Source: Dehalococcoidia bacterium (lineage in GTDB: Bacteria > Chloroflexota > Dehalococcoidia > Lucifugimonadales > UBA3495). Taken from it: 64,000 nucleotides of DNA. Position 1 is the first letter of the stretch. Each line of letters begins with the position of its first letter. Of the stretch, positions 41,443-50,206 are shown one piece after another. The translations under genes and the position numbers were made by a program. The notes under the pieces are model-generated. The model was given only the letters and a program-made list of their open reading frames with translations, ran no database searches and was not told where the DNA came from. Location of the stretch: NCBI GenBank assembly GCA_034428635.1, contig DAOUHR010000008.1, forward strand, positions 17,002 to 81,001. Reading direction: 5' to 3'.

Positions 41443-42416
41443 TATACTTTGCCTCCTGCCTGGCGGATAGCCTCCACCAGCCGGGCGGCGGCGGCCTCGG
41501 GTTCGGGGGCCAGGCCCACGGCTGCAGTAACGCAGACGGCGTCGGCCCCGTATTCAATGACCGGCGCAACGTTTTCGGGGTTGATGCCGCCGATGGCCAC
41601 CAGCGGCACGTGGGTGACGGCGCGGGCTTCAATCAACCGCTCCGGCCCCTGGGGACCGCGTCCGCCGGACTTGGTAGTGGTCTGGTAGATAGCGCCGAAA
41701 GCCACGTGGTCGGCGCCCATTTCCTGGGATTCAATCAGCAGGTCAATCTCGCGGTTCGAGCGACCCAGCACCTGGCCGGGGGCCAGGACTTCCCGGGCCT
41801 GGGCGACCGGCAGGTCGGTCTGGCCCACGTGAACGCCGCCGGAACCCACCGCCGCCGCCAGGTCAACGTGGTCGTTGACGATGAGCAGGACGTCGTTGGC
41901 CTCGCACAGGGCCTGCAGGTCCCGGGCCAGGGGGAGAATTTCACCCTTGTCGCGCAGCTTGTCGCGCAGTTGCAGCATTTTCGCCCCACCTCGCACGGCG
42001 GCCTCGGCGATTTCCATTGGTTCCCGCCCCCCGGTGACCTCCGGGTCGATGATAACGTACAGACCCCTCACCTGGTCGGCCTTCTGCCGGCGCAACTCCG
42101 CGCCCAGTTGGCCCGACAGTTCGGCAAGGAGTTGCGACAGAACTTCCGCAAAGTCCGCAGGCATCTCGTCAGGGGCGCTCAAGCCGGCCACGGCGCCCAG
42201 GGAACCCGACGCTGCATTAGCCACCGCCAAAGCCCCGGCGAGAGTCAGGGGAGCAGACACGAGTCCTTCGTCTTCCGGGAGGGTGGGTAGGACTGATTTC
42301 AACCGTACCAGGCACTCTTCCCCACCCGGGAAGGGGGGACAGTCGTTGGCCAGGCTGTGGGCGTCAAGCAATACGGAAAGGGCCAGTTGCTCTCTAATGT
42401 CCAGTTGTTGCGTCAT
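41442..42416 (-). CDS. thiE: Thiamine-phosphate synthase with an unassigned N-terminal extension of about 115 aa
   Basis: The ThiE core runs from GLYVIIDPE... through MLQLRDK, LIVNDHVDLAAAVGSGGVHVGQTDLP, FGAIYQTTTK and VAIGGI. The ATG overlaps the upstream fmdB stop (ATGA). Confidence 0.8.
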   Translation of the reverse strand: MTQQLDIREQLALSVLLDAHSLANDCPPFPGGEECLVRLKSVLPTLPEDEGLVSAPLTLAGALAVANAASGSLGAVAGLSAPDEMPADFAEVLSQLLAELSGQLGAELRRQKADQVRGLYVIIDPEVTGGREPMEIAEAAVRGGAKMLQLRDKLRDKGEILPLARDLQALCEANDVLLIVNDHVDLAAAVGSGGVHVGQTDLPVAQAREVLAPGQVLGRSNREIDLLIESQEMGADHVAFGAIYQTTTKSGGRGPQGPERLIEARAVTHVPLVAIGGINPENVAPVIEYGADAVCVTAAVGLAPEPEAAAARLVEAIRQAGGKV

Positions 42417-42754
42417 ATATCCAGGTCCTTCGGAAGAGTGCCTTCCCTGGCGGCGGCGATGTTATCCCGCACCGAGTCGGGCATGTCCAGGCCGTGCCGT
42501 TGAAAACTCTCTTCCACGTTTCTTCCGATGTTTCGGGGGTCGCTGTAGTAGTCCAGGGCCGAACCGCCTCCCAGGGACGGGAATTGCTCATGGACGGACT
42601 GGGCCGTCTTGCCCATGGCGAAGGACGACATGCGTCGCTGCATGTCCCTGCCCTGGCAGTGGGAGCAGACCGGGTCCAGTTCAGAGTTAATGGAACGGGT
42701 GAAAAAGGACGAAACCTGCTGGCAGTCTCCGCAGCGGTACTCGTAAATGGGCAT
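42413..42754 (-). CDS. FmdB-family zinc-ribbon protein, copy 2
   Basis: MPIYEYRCGDCQ...CSHCQG matches the CxxC...CxxC pattern of the FmdB/CxxC_CxxC_SSSS family. Confidence 0.75.
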   Translation of the reverse strand: MPIYEYRCGDCQQVSSFFTRSINSELDPVCSHCQGRDMQRRMSSFAMGKTAQSVHEQFPSLGGGSALDYYSDPRNIGRNVEESFQRHGLDMPDSVRDNIAAAREGTLPKDLDI

Positions 42755-42787
42755 AGGCTTCTCAGGCTCCCCTGGCTGGAAAATCCG

Positions 42788-43168
42788 CTAGTGGCTGTGG
42801 CCGTCGCCGTGACTATGGTCGTGCCCATGCCCGCCGGGGGTGTCGAAGCTGCGTGGGCCCTGGGTAATTTCCCGCCGCATTTCTTCAAAGTCGGAGGTAA
42901 CCTGGCCACCCATTTCCTGCTTGATGCGGCCCATGTACCGGTCGACGCTGCGCGGATCGTCTTCGTTAAGGTCTCGCATGGTCTCGCCGCTGGGGGCCCA
43001 GTTCAGGCTATCGCCCCAGGAACGCTTCATGGTGAACTGGGAAATCAGGCGATTCAGGTTGACGCCGCTGCAGCGGGCGCAGGTCCGCTCCTTGTCCTCG
43101 GACCAACTATAGACCAGCACCGAGTTCAGGTGCTGGCAGTCTTCGCACCGGTATTCGTATATGGGCAT
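42788..43168 (-). CDS. FmdB-family zinc-ribbon protein, copy 1, with His-rich C-terminal tail
   Basis: MPIYEYRCEDCQ...CARCSG, and the C-terminus GGHGHDHSHGDGHSH. Confidence 0.75.
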   Translation of the reverse strand: MPIYEYRCEDCQHLNSVLVYSWSEDKERTCARCSGVNLNRLISQFTMKRSWGDSLNWAPSGETMRDLNEDDPRSVDRYMGRIKQEMGGQVTSDFEEMRREITQGPRSFDTPGGHGHDHSHGDGHSH

Positions 43169-43379
43169 TCTTATGAAACCACCTTGGGCCGTACTTGCGC
43201 GGCTTCACCGGATTTAGTTCCCATTTTAGCACGTTGGCGACAAGCCGGCGCCAATAGCTTGCCCTGCGTTCGTAGCCCGTTTCCCCTGTTGTATAATGCA
43301 GGAAAACACCGAACGGCCTTTCCGGCGACGTGGTCGCCAGGAAGGGTAAACCCCAAAGCCGTCTTTCGAGGTGCCTGCC

Positions 43380-46154
43380 ATGGCCCAGCAAACCGCCGCC
43401 ATGCCCCTGTTCGAGTCCGCTTCCGGCAAGCCGCTGTTGATGATCATGGATGGCCACGCCATGGTGCATCGCTCCTTCCGGGCCATTTCCACCCAGCGGC
43501 ACCTGACCGTTTCCACCACAGGCGAAGACGTTACCGGTGTCTACGGCTTCACCAACGTGTTCCTGCGGGCCCTGCAGGACTGGAAGCCCACCCATGTGGC
43601 CATCGCCTTCGACACCCGGGCGCCCACCTTCCGGCACGAGCGGTTCGAGGAGTACAAGGCTCAGCGGCCACCATCACCGCCGGAACTTCGTCCCCAGTTT
43701 GGAAGAGTCAAGGAACTGATGGAGGCCTTCGGGGTTCCCATCTACGAGGTGGAAGGTTTTGAGGCGGACGACGTCATCGGGACACTGTGCAAGCAGGCGG
43801 AAGAACAAGGGCTGGACGCCGTAATTCTCACCGGCGATCGGGACACCTTCCAGCTAATCTCTCCCCACGTGCGAATTGACCTTTCTTCCGGGTTCCAGGA
43901 CAAGAATGTGTACGACGAGGCGGCCCTGGCCGAGCGCTACGGTGGCCTGACCGCCGCCCAGCAGCCTGACTTCAAGTCTCTGCTGGGTGATTCGTCGGAC
44001 AATATTCCCGGCGTGCCCCGGGTGGGCGAGAAGACGGCCATCAAGCTGTTGAGCGAGTTCCGCGATCTGGAAGGCATTTACGACCATATCGAGGACGTCA
44101 AGCCACCCAGCGTCCGCAAGTCCCTGGAGGAGAACCGCGACCGGGCCTTCGAGAACCGCATCCTGACCACTATTTCCCGGGAGGCCCCGGTGGAGCTATC
44201 CCTGGAAGCGTCTAAGAGCGGTTCCTATGACCGGGCACGGGTAGTTGCCATGCTGACGGCGCTGGAGTTCCACACCGTTATTCCCCGCCTGCCGGCGCCG
44301 GTCTGGGATCCCGACGCGGGGGCTCCCCAAACCGAGACCCAACTTGCCCCGCCTGACGAGGAAACCGACTATATAACGGTCCAGACCCAGGCCCAGCTTG
44401 ACGAGATGCTGGGGGGACTGCGGGAGGCCGGGGGATTCGCCTTCGATACCGAGACTACCAGCCTGGACCAGATGCGGGCCGAACTGGTGGGCCTGAGTTT
44501 TTGCGCCGAGCCGGGCCGCGCCTGGTACGTTCCGGTGGGCCACCGGGAGGGAGCGCAGTTGCCCCTGGAAGAGGCGCTGGCCCAGCTCAAGCCTTTGCTG
44601 GAGGACCCGGACCTGGCCAAGAGCGCCCACAATGCCACCTTCGACGTAATGGTGCTGGCTAACTACGGCATCAACGTCCGCAACGTGGACTTCGACACCA
44701 TGGTCGCCGCCCACCTGCTCAGCCGCAACCAGTTGGGGCTCAAGAACCTGTCCCTGGACGTGCTGGGCGTGGAGATGAAGCTGATTACGGACCTGATCGG
44801 CAAGGGAGCACGCCAGAAGACCTTCGACCAGGTGCCCATCGAGGACGCCACGCCCTACGCTGCCGCCGACGCCGATATGACTGCCCGGCTGCGGGGGCGG
44901 CTGGAACCCTCAATCGACCAGCAAAATCTTTCTGAGTTGATGCGCGACATAGAAATGCCCCTGGTGCCGGTCCTGGTGCAGATGCAGCAGCGGGGCATCA
45001 AGGTGGACGAAGGCTCGCTTCACGAAATGTCCCGCGACCTGAACGAGCACATGCAGCGGACGGAGTTGGAGCTTTACGAGACCATCGGCCACACGGTCAA
45101 CATCAACTCCCCCCAGCAGTTGAGCGATCTGCTGTTCAGCGAACTGGGCCTGCCCAAGACCCGGCGGACCAAGACGGGGTATTCCACCGACGCCAATGCC
45201 CTGGAGGGCATGCGCGGTTTCCACCCGGTGGTGGACAAGATCCTGGAATACCGCCAGGTCTCCAAGCTCAAGTCCACCTACGTGGACACCCTTCCGGAAT
45301 TGATCAACCCCAAAACCGGCCGCATCCACACCAGTTACAACCAGGTAGGTTCGGCCACCGGGCGCATGTCCAGCAGCGATCCCAACCTGCAGAACATCCC
45401 CATCCGAACCGAAATGGGGAAGCGGGTGCGCAGCGCCTTCGTCGCCGAGGGGGCTCCCGACTGGGTGTTGTTCGCCGCCGACTACTCGCAAATTGAACTG
45501 CGGGTGCTGGCACACCTTTCCCAGGACCCGGAACTGCTGGAGGCCTTCCGACGCGGTGAGGACATCCACGCCGCCACCGCGTCTCTGATGAACGACGTGC
45601 CCATCAACGAGGTTACCGCCGACCAGCGCCGCGTCGCCAAGGTGCTGAACTTCGGCGTCATTTACGGCCTGTCCGCCCACGGCATTTCGCAGCAGACTGA
45701 ATACTCACGGGAGGACGGCGCCAATTTCATAGAGACCTACTTCAACAAGTACCCCCGCATCGCCGGCTACCTGGAGGAAGTGAAGGCCAATACCCGGCAG
45801 ACCCAGTACGTGGAAACCCTGTGCGGCCGCCGCCGTTTTGTCCCTGACGTCAACTCAAGCAATTTCAACGTCCGCGGCGCCGCCGAGCGCATGGCCATCA
45901 ACATGCCCATCCAGGGCACCGCCGCCGACATCATGAAGCTGGCCATGATCCGGGTGCACGACCGCCTGCAGCGGGAGAACCTGCGCGCCCGCATGCTGCT
46001 CCAGGTACACGATGAACTGGTTTTCGAGGTACCCCGGGAGGAGATGGACGATCTGCATGCCCTGGTCTTTGACGAAATGCCGGCGGCCATGGACCTGGAC
46101 GTTACCCTGAAGGTGGAAGCCAAGTGGGGCGTTAGCTGGGGGGAAATGGAGTAG
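43380..46154 (+). CDS. polA: DNA polymerase I
   Basis: A 5' nuclease domain (LMIMDGHAMVHRSF), a 3'-5' exo-like domain (FAFDTETTSL), and polymerase motifs DYSQIELRVLAH, RRVAKVLNFGVIYG and LQVHDELVFE. ATG 43380 with GAGGTG upstream is preferred over GTG 43371. Confidence 0.95.
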   Translation: MAQQTAAMPLFESASGKPLLMIMDGHAMVHRSFRAISTQRHLTVSTTGEDVTGVYGFTNVFLRALQDWKPTHVAIAFDTRAPTFRHERFEEYKAQRPPSPPELRPQFGRVKELMEAFGVPIYEVEGFEADDVIGTLCKQAEEQGLDAVILTGDRDTFQLISPHVRIDLSSGFQDKNVYDEAALAERYGGLTAAQQPDFKSLLGDSSDNIPGVPRVGEKTAIKLLSEFRDLEGIYDHIEDVKPPSVRKSLEENRDRAFENRILTTISREAPVELSLEASKSGSYDRARVVAMLTALEFHTVIPRLPAPVWDPDAGAPQTETQLAPPDEETDYITVQTQAQLDEMLGGLREAGGFAFDTETTSLDQMRAELVGLSFCAEPGRAWYVPVGHREGAQLPLEEALAQLKPLLEDPDLAKSAHNATFDVMVLANYGINVRNVDFDTMVAAHLLSRNQLGLKNLSLDVLGVEMKLITDLIGKGARQKTFDQVPIEDATPYAAADADMTARLRGRLEPSIDQQNLSELMRDIEMPLVPVLVQMQQRGIKVDEGSLHEMSRDLNEHMQRTELELYETIGHTVNINSPQQLSDLLFSELGLPKTRRTKTGYSTDANALEGMRGFHPVVDKILEYRQVSKLKSTYVDTLPELINPKTGRIHTSYNQVGSATGRMSSSDPNLQNIPIRTEMGKRVRSAFVAEGAPDWVLFAADYSQIELRVLAHLSQDPELLEAFRRGEDIHAATASLMNDVPINEVTADQRRVAKVLNFGVIYGLSAHGISQQTEYSREDGANFIETYFNKYPRIAGYLEEVKANTRQTQYVETLCGRRRFVPDVNSSNFNVRGAAERMAINMPIQGTAADIMKLAMIRVHDRLQRENLRARMLLQVHDELVFEVPREEMDDLHALVFDEMPAAMDLDVTLKVEAKWGVSWGEME

Positions 46155-46211
46155 AATTATTTCGCGCAAGCACTCCATCCTGTATCCAATCCCGGATCAA
46201 GGAATATTCCC

Positions 46212-46571
46212 ATGGGTAGAACCGACGTTCAAGCCAAAATAATAGGGGACAATGAAACTAGGGAGTACACTTTTCTCGTTGACACGGGGGCCACTCACGT
46301 TGCTTTGCCCCTGGAGGAAATCGAAGCTCTTGGCCTGCGCCCCGCTCTCGGCAAGCTGCGAATGCGAAGCGCAACCGGCATAGTGGAGTTGGACAGCTAT
46401 TTCTTTAACGGCGAGTTATTAGGCCGGTGGTTCGGCGGTATCCTGGTGCCCGCATCCACTCCCCTTATCGGATATGAGGCCCTGGAAAACCTGGGATTCA
46501 GAGTCAACCCAGTGATTCGGGAAATAGAGCCGGTCCCAGATGACGTGATTCACCCGCCCTTCCTGTTGTAA
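46212..46571 (+). CDS. Retropepsin-like (clan AA) aspartic protease, single domain
   Basis: FLVDTGATHVALP contains the D-T-G-A active-site motif. It is 119 aa with a C-terminal LIGYEALENLG flap-like block. RBS AAGGAA. Confidence 0.6.
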   Translation: MGRTDVQAKIIGDNETREYTFLVDTGATHVALPLEEIEALGLRPALGKLRMRSATGIVELDSYFFNGELLGRWFGGILVPASTPLIGYEALENLGFRVNPVIREIEPVPDDVIHPPFLL

Positions 46572-46629
46572 CCCCATTAGTGCCAGTTTAGCAGGGCAAT
46601 AATCAACACCCCAACCCGGAGGCTACCCC

Positions 46630-47523
46630 TTGGAACTGCTGCGCAGCCTTATCTTCGTACCGGGCAACCGTGCCAACATGCTGGAGCGGGCCCTGAACTT
46701 CGACGCCGATATTATTGTGGTGGACTTGGAGGACTCGGTGCCGCCGGGGGAAAAGGTCGCTGCCCGCGACGTGGCGGCGGAGTGGATTCCCAGGCTGCGG
46801 AGGGCAGGGCAGCGGGTGATGGTGCGGGCCAATGCCCTGGACACCGGCCTGACCCGGGACGAACTGGCCGCCGTAATCTCCCCCCATCTCTACGGCGTCA
46901 GCGTGGGCAAGACCGAATCGGCCGGAGACCTGCGGGAAATTGAGGGAATTATCTCTCCGCTGGAAATCGGCGCAAACCTGGAAGCCGGCCACGTAAACCT
47001 GATTCCCTGGATTGAAAGCGCCAGGGCAATTGTGAACGTCAATGAGATGGCCACCGCTCTCATCCGCACCGTGGCAATTGCCTTTGGTGCCGAGGACTAT
47101 ACCAACGATATGGGCATCCAGCGCACTGACGACGGGGACGAGGTCTACCATTCCCGTAGCGCCGTGGCCATAGCCGCCCGGGCCGCCGGCAAAGCGTCCC
47201 TGGACAGCCCCTACGTGGCCTTACGCAATCCCGAGGGCTTGAAAAAGGACGCAGGAGCGGCCCGGCAGATGGGCTACACCGGCAAGTTCGCCATCCACCC
47301 GTCCCAGGTCGAGACCATCAACGAGGTGTTCAGCCCCCAGCCCGAGGACGTGGCCTACGCCCGCCGGGTCATGGAAGCCTGGCGCGAAGCCGAAGCCAAC
47401 GGGCGCGGCTCGCTGTCCCTGGACGACAAAATGGTGGACGTGCCGGTGGTCAAGCGGGCCCAGAACCTGCTGGCCATGGTGGACGAGATGGAAAAGCAAC
47501 TGGCCGCCCGGGGCCGGGGCTAG
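46630..47523 (+). CDS. HpcH/HpaI aldolase / citrate lyase beta-subunit-like (CitE, acyl-CoA lyase family)
   Basis: LRSLIFVPGNRANMLERALNFDADIIVVDLEDSV and FGAEDYTNDMG blocks. TTG start with GGAGG 7 nt upstream. Confidence 0.8.
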   Translation: MELLRSLIFVPGNRANMLERALNFDADIIVVDLEDSVPPGEKVAARDVAAEWIPRLRRAGQRVMVRANALDTGLTRDELAAVISPHLYGVSVGKTESAGDLREIEGIISPLEIGANLEAGHVNLIPWIESARAIVNVNEMATALIRTVAIAFGAEDYTNDMGIQRTDDGDEVYHSRSAVAIAARAAGKASLDSPYVALRNPEGLKKDAGAARQMGYTGKFAIHPSQVETINEVFSPQPEDVAYARRVMEAWREAEANGRGSLSLDDKMVDVPVVKRAQNLLAMVDEMEKQLAARGRG

Positions 47524-47585
47524 TTGATGCAATGCTGTCCCTGACCTGCGCCAATCCGCCCACCAACGGCAGGGTGTGAAAAACT

Positions 47586-47960
47586 ATGACCACCGACCGC
47601 ATCATCCTGCAGGGCATGCGCTTCTACGGGTACCACGGGGTGAATCCCGAGGAAAAGGCGCAGGGCCAGAGCTACCTGGTGGACCTGGAGGCCGAGGTAG
47701 GCCTGGAGCGCCCGGGACTCACCGACGGCCTCGAAGATACGGTCAGCTACACCCACCTGTACCGGGTTGCCCGGGCCATCATGGAGGGAGAGTCCCGCAA
47801 CCTGCTGGAGCGCCTGGCCCAGGAGATTGCCGACCGCCTGCTCGCAGACTTTCCGCTGGAGGCGGTAACCGTTACCGTCAAGAAGCCCAACCCGCCTATC
47901 AAGGGCTCCTTTATTGATTACGCCGCAGTAAGGATTCACCGCCGGCGGGAGGGCGGTTGA
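47586..47960 (+). CDS. folB: Dihydroneopterin aldolase
   Basis: RIILQGMRFYGYHGVNPEEKAQGQSYLVDLE ... SYTHLY ... TVTVKKPNPPI is the typical FolB pattern. Confidence 0.85.
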   Translation: MTTDRIILQGMRFYGYHGVNPEEKAQGQSYLVDLEAEVGLERPGLTDGLEDTVSYTHLYRVARAIMEGESRNLLERLAQEIADRLLADFPLEAVTVTVKKPNPPIKGSFIDYAAVRIHRRREGG

Positions 47961-48002
47961 ACGTCAGCTACCCATTTCTCACCGGAGCATAGAGGACCTT
48001 TG

Positions 48003-49577
48003 ATGCAGAACCGCGATACTGCCGCAGCCTTCAACTATCACGACTCTACCAAGCTGGCCTACATCAACCTGGCAACCAAGCCACCTCTGTACAAGACCTA
48101 CTCCGGCCTTCCGGCCATACCCCTGCCTGCCGAATTTCCGTCGCCCGATACACCGGCGCTGGAGGCCATAGGTACATACGAAGCCACTGGCGGCCCTGAT
48201 CCTTCCCAGACCACGCTAACTCAATTGCTCTACTACTGCGCCGGAATAACCCGGGTGGGCAATTTCAGGGTTGCCGGGGAGGTGCACTTCCGGGCAGCGG
48301 CGTCCGCCGGGGGCCTATACCCAGTGGAAACCTACGTGGTGTGTCGGGACTTGGATGGACTGGCTGCCGGGGTCTATCACTTCGGACCGGATACGTTTCA
48401 ACTGACCCGACTGCGCCAGGGAGACTACCGGGGACACCTGGCCCATGCGGCCGGCGGCGATAACCGGATAGCTTCGGCGCCCCTGACCGTGGTCTTCACC
48501 ACGGTCTTCTGGCGCAGTTCCTGGAAGTACCGCACCCGCGGTTACCGCTACTGCTTCTGGGACAACGGTACCGTGGCCGCCAACCTGCTGTCCGGAGTGG
48601 GGGCGACGGGCCTGCCGGCCAGGGTCGTCAACTCCTTCGTGGACCAAGAGGTTGACAACCTGCTGGGCATTGACGGCGTGGGCGAGGCGTCCACCTGCCT
48701 GCTGGCCGTTGGCGAGGCATCAGGTGAGCCTGCCGTATCCTCTGCGGTCGCCCTGGGGTCGGTGGGCGGCCAGTCCGTTATAACCGCGCCGGGGGAGATT
48801 GATTATCCCGAGATTCGGGAGACCCACGCCGCCACCCTGCTGGCCGACACGGAGGAAGTGGAAAATTCCCGTGGGGCTTTGGGCATTACAGCCCCCCCAC
48901 CCGACGGGCCTTTCTTTCCCTTTCCCGAGAAGGCTGCTTCGGCCCTGGAGTCGCGGCCCTTAGGTCAGACCATCCGGGAGAGAGGGTCCACCCGCCGATT
49001 CGACCGCGTAAACATTTCCCTGGCCCAGCTTGGCGCCGTTGTTATTTCCGCCACCGGCGGCGTACCGGCGGACTTCCTGGGAGGGCCGGGTGACAGCCTG
49101 CTGGACCTGTACCTGATCGTCAACGCCGTGGACAACCTGCCTGGGGGCGCTTACTACTCTTCGCCCAGCCGGGGTGGCCTGTACCAGTTGAAGGAGGGGG
49201 GGTTCCGGCAGGAGGCTGGACACCTGGGGTTTGAGCAGGCGCTGCCCCACGACGCTTCGGTGGTGGCTTTCTTTATGGCAGACTTGGGGCCCATACTGGA
49301 ACGGTACGGCAACCGGGGGTACCGGGCCGCCCAGCTTGAGGCGGGCATTGTGGGCGGGAAGCTTTACTTGGCCGCCCATTCCGTAGGACTGGGGGCCAGT
49401 GGCCTGACTTTTTACGACGACGAGGTGACCGAGTTCTTCTCGCCCCACGCCGCTGGCAAGAGCGCGATGTTCGTGGTGCCAATCGGCGTAACTGCCGAGG
49501 TGAACCGGGTCAGGCCCTTCCGGTCCCGCATCGCCATGACCCTGGACGCCCAGTCCAGGACGTCTACACGGCACTGA
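48003..49577 (+). CDS. SagB/ThcOx-type dehydrogenase (tandem nitroreductase-fold domains)
   Basis: FNYHDSTKL...YKTY lead-in. AASAGGLYPVETYVV in domain 1. STRRFDR...LSLAQLG and YRAAQLEAGIVGGKLYLAAHSVGLGASGLTFYDDEV in domain 2. ATG 48003 with AGAGGA upstream. Confidence 0.65.
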   Translation: MQNRDTAAAFNYHDSTKLAYINLATKPPLYKTYSGLPAIPLPAEFPSPDTPALEAIGTYEATGGPDPSQTTLTQLLYYCAGITRVGNFRVAGEVHFRAAASAGGLYPVETYVVCRDLDGLAAGVYHFGPDTFQLTRLRQGDYRGHLAHAAGGDNRIASAPLTVVFTTVFWRSSWKYRTRGYRYCFWDNGTVAANLLSGVGATGLPARVVNSFVDQEVDNLLGIDGVGEASTCLLAVGEASGEPAVSSAVALGSVGGQSVITAPGEIDYPEIRETHAATLLADTEEVENSRGALGITAPPPDGPFFPFPEKAASALESRPLGQTIRERGSTRRFDRVNISLAQLGAVVISATGGVPADFLGGPGDSLLDLYLIVNAVDNLPGGAYYSSPSRGGLYQLKEGGFRQEAGHLGFEQALPHDASVVAFFMADLGPILERYGNRGYRAAQLEAGIVGGKLYLAAHSVGLGASGLTFYDDEVTEFFSPHAAGKSAMFVVPIGVTAEVNRVRPFRSRIAMTLDAQSRTSTRH

Positions 49578-50206
49578 ATTCGCCGCAAAAGTATTATTGT
49601 CCCTGTAGATGAACATAGCACCTCATTGTCCGAGGCCAAATGTAATGAAGGTCTAGCAGGCTACCAGCTTTGTCAGGCTAAAAGGTTTGTATTGATTATT
49701 GCTAAACCAGTATCGTCATTCCGCCCATGAACCGGCATCCAGAAGGGTTGCCAAAGGCCAACTGGAAAGTACAAGAGGTACCCTGGAATCCGGCTTTCTC
49801 CGAAATGACGGTTCATGCCCAACCCACCATTTCGACCTGCCGCCATATTAGCCAGGCGATACTTGAGCATCCGAAGACCAATTGAACCCTGGTCAGGAGC
49901 AACAATGTGCAGCAACCGACCGCCCTTTGCCTGCCGTTCGGTACGGCCAAGTTGACATTGAAACGGGCCGTAGTATATATTCCTGAAAATCTCATGGGGC
50001 GATCCCGGAAGGGTTGTCGGAATCCTTCAATTACCCCGACGTTATAGCCGGCTTTCAGTTTTGGCATGGTCGGGTTTTGTTGTATAGGGCCGTCATTGGG
50101 ATTTCCTGGAGGCCTATTCTTCACCGGTGAGGACCGGACATCCGGCGCATTTCCTTAGCGTCAATTTTTGGCGCCAGATCTGCGCTTGCTGAAGGGATTA
50201 GATGAT

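Noticed and set aside
43169-43379. A TPP riboswitch upstream of the fmdB-thiE operon.
   Set aside because: The minus-strand leader has no CUGAGA / ACCUGAUCUGGAUAAUGCCAGC-type elements.
49673-50124. The two overlapping minus-strand ORFs (80 and 103 aa) as functional genes, or as an IS-type orfA/orfB pair.
   Set aside because: There is no recognisable family, no RBS, no inverted repeats or target duplications, and the frames are broken. I treated them as degenerate sequence in the findings.
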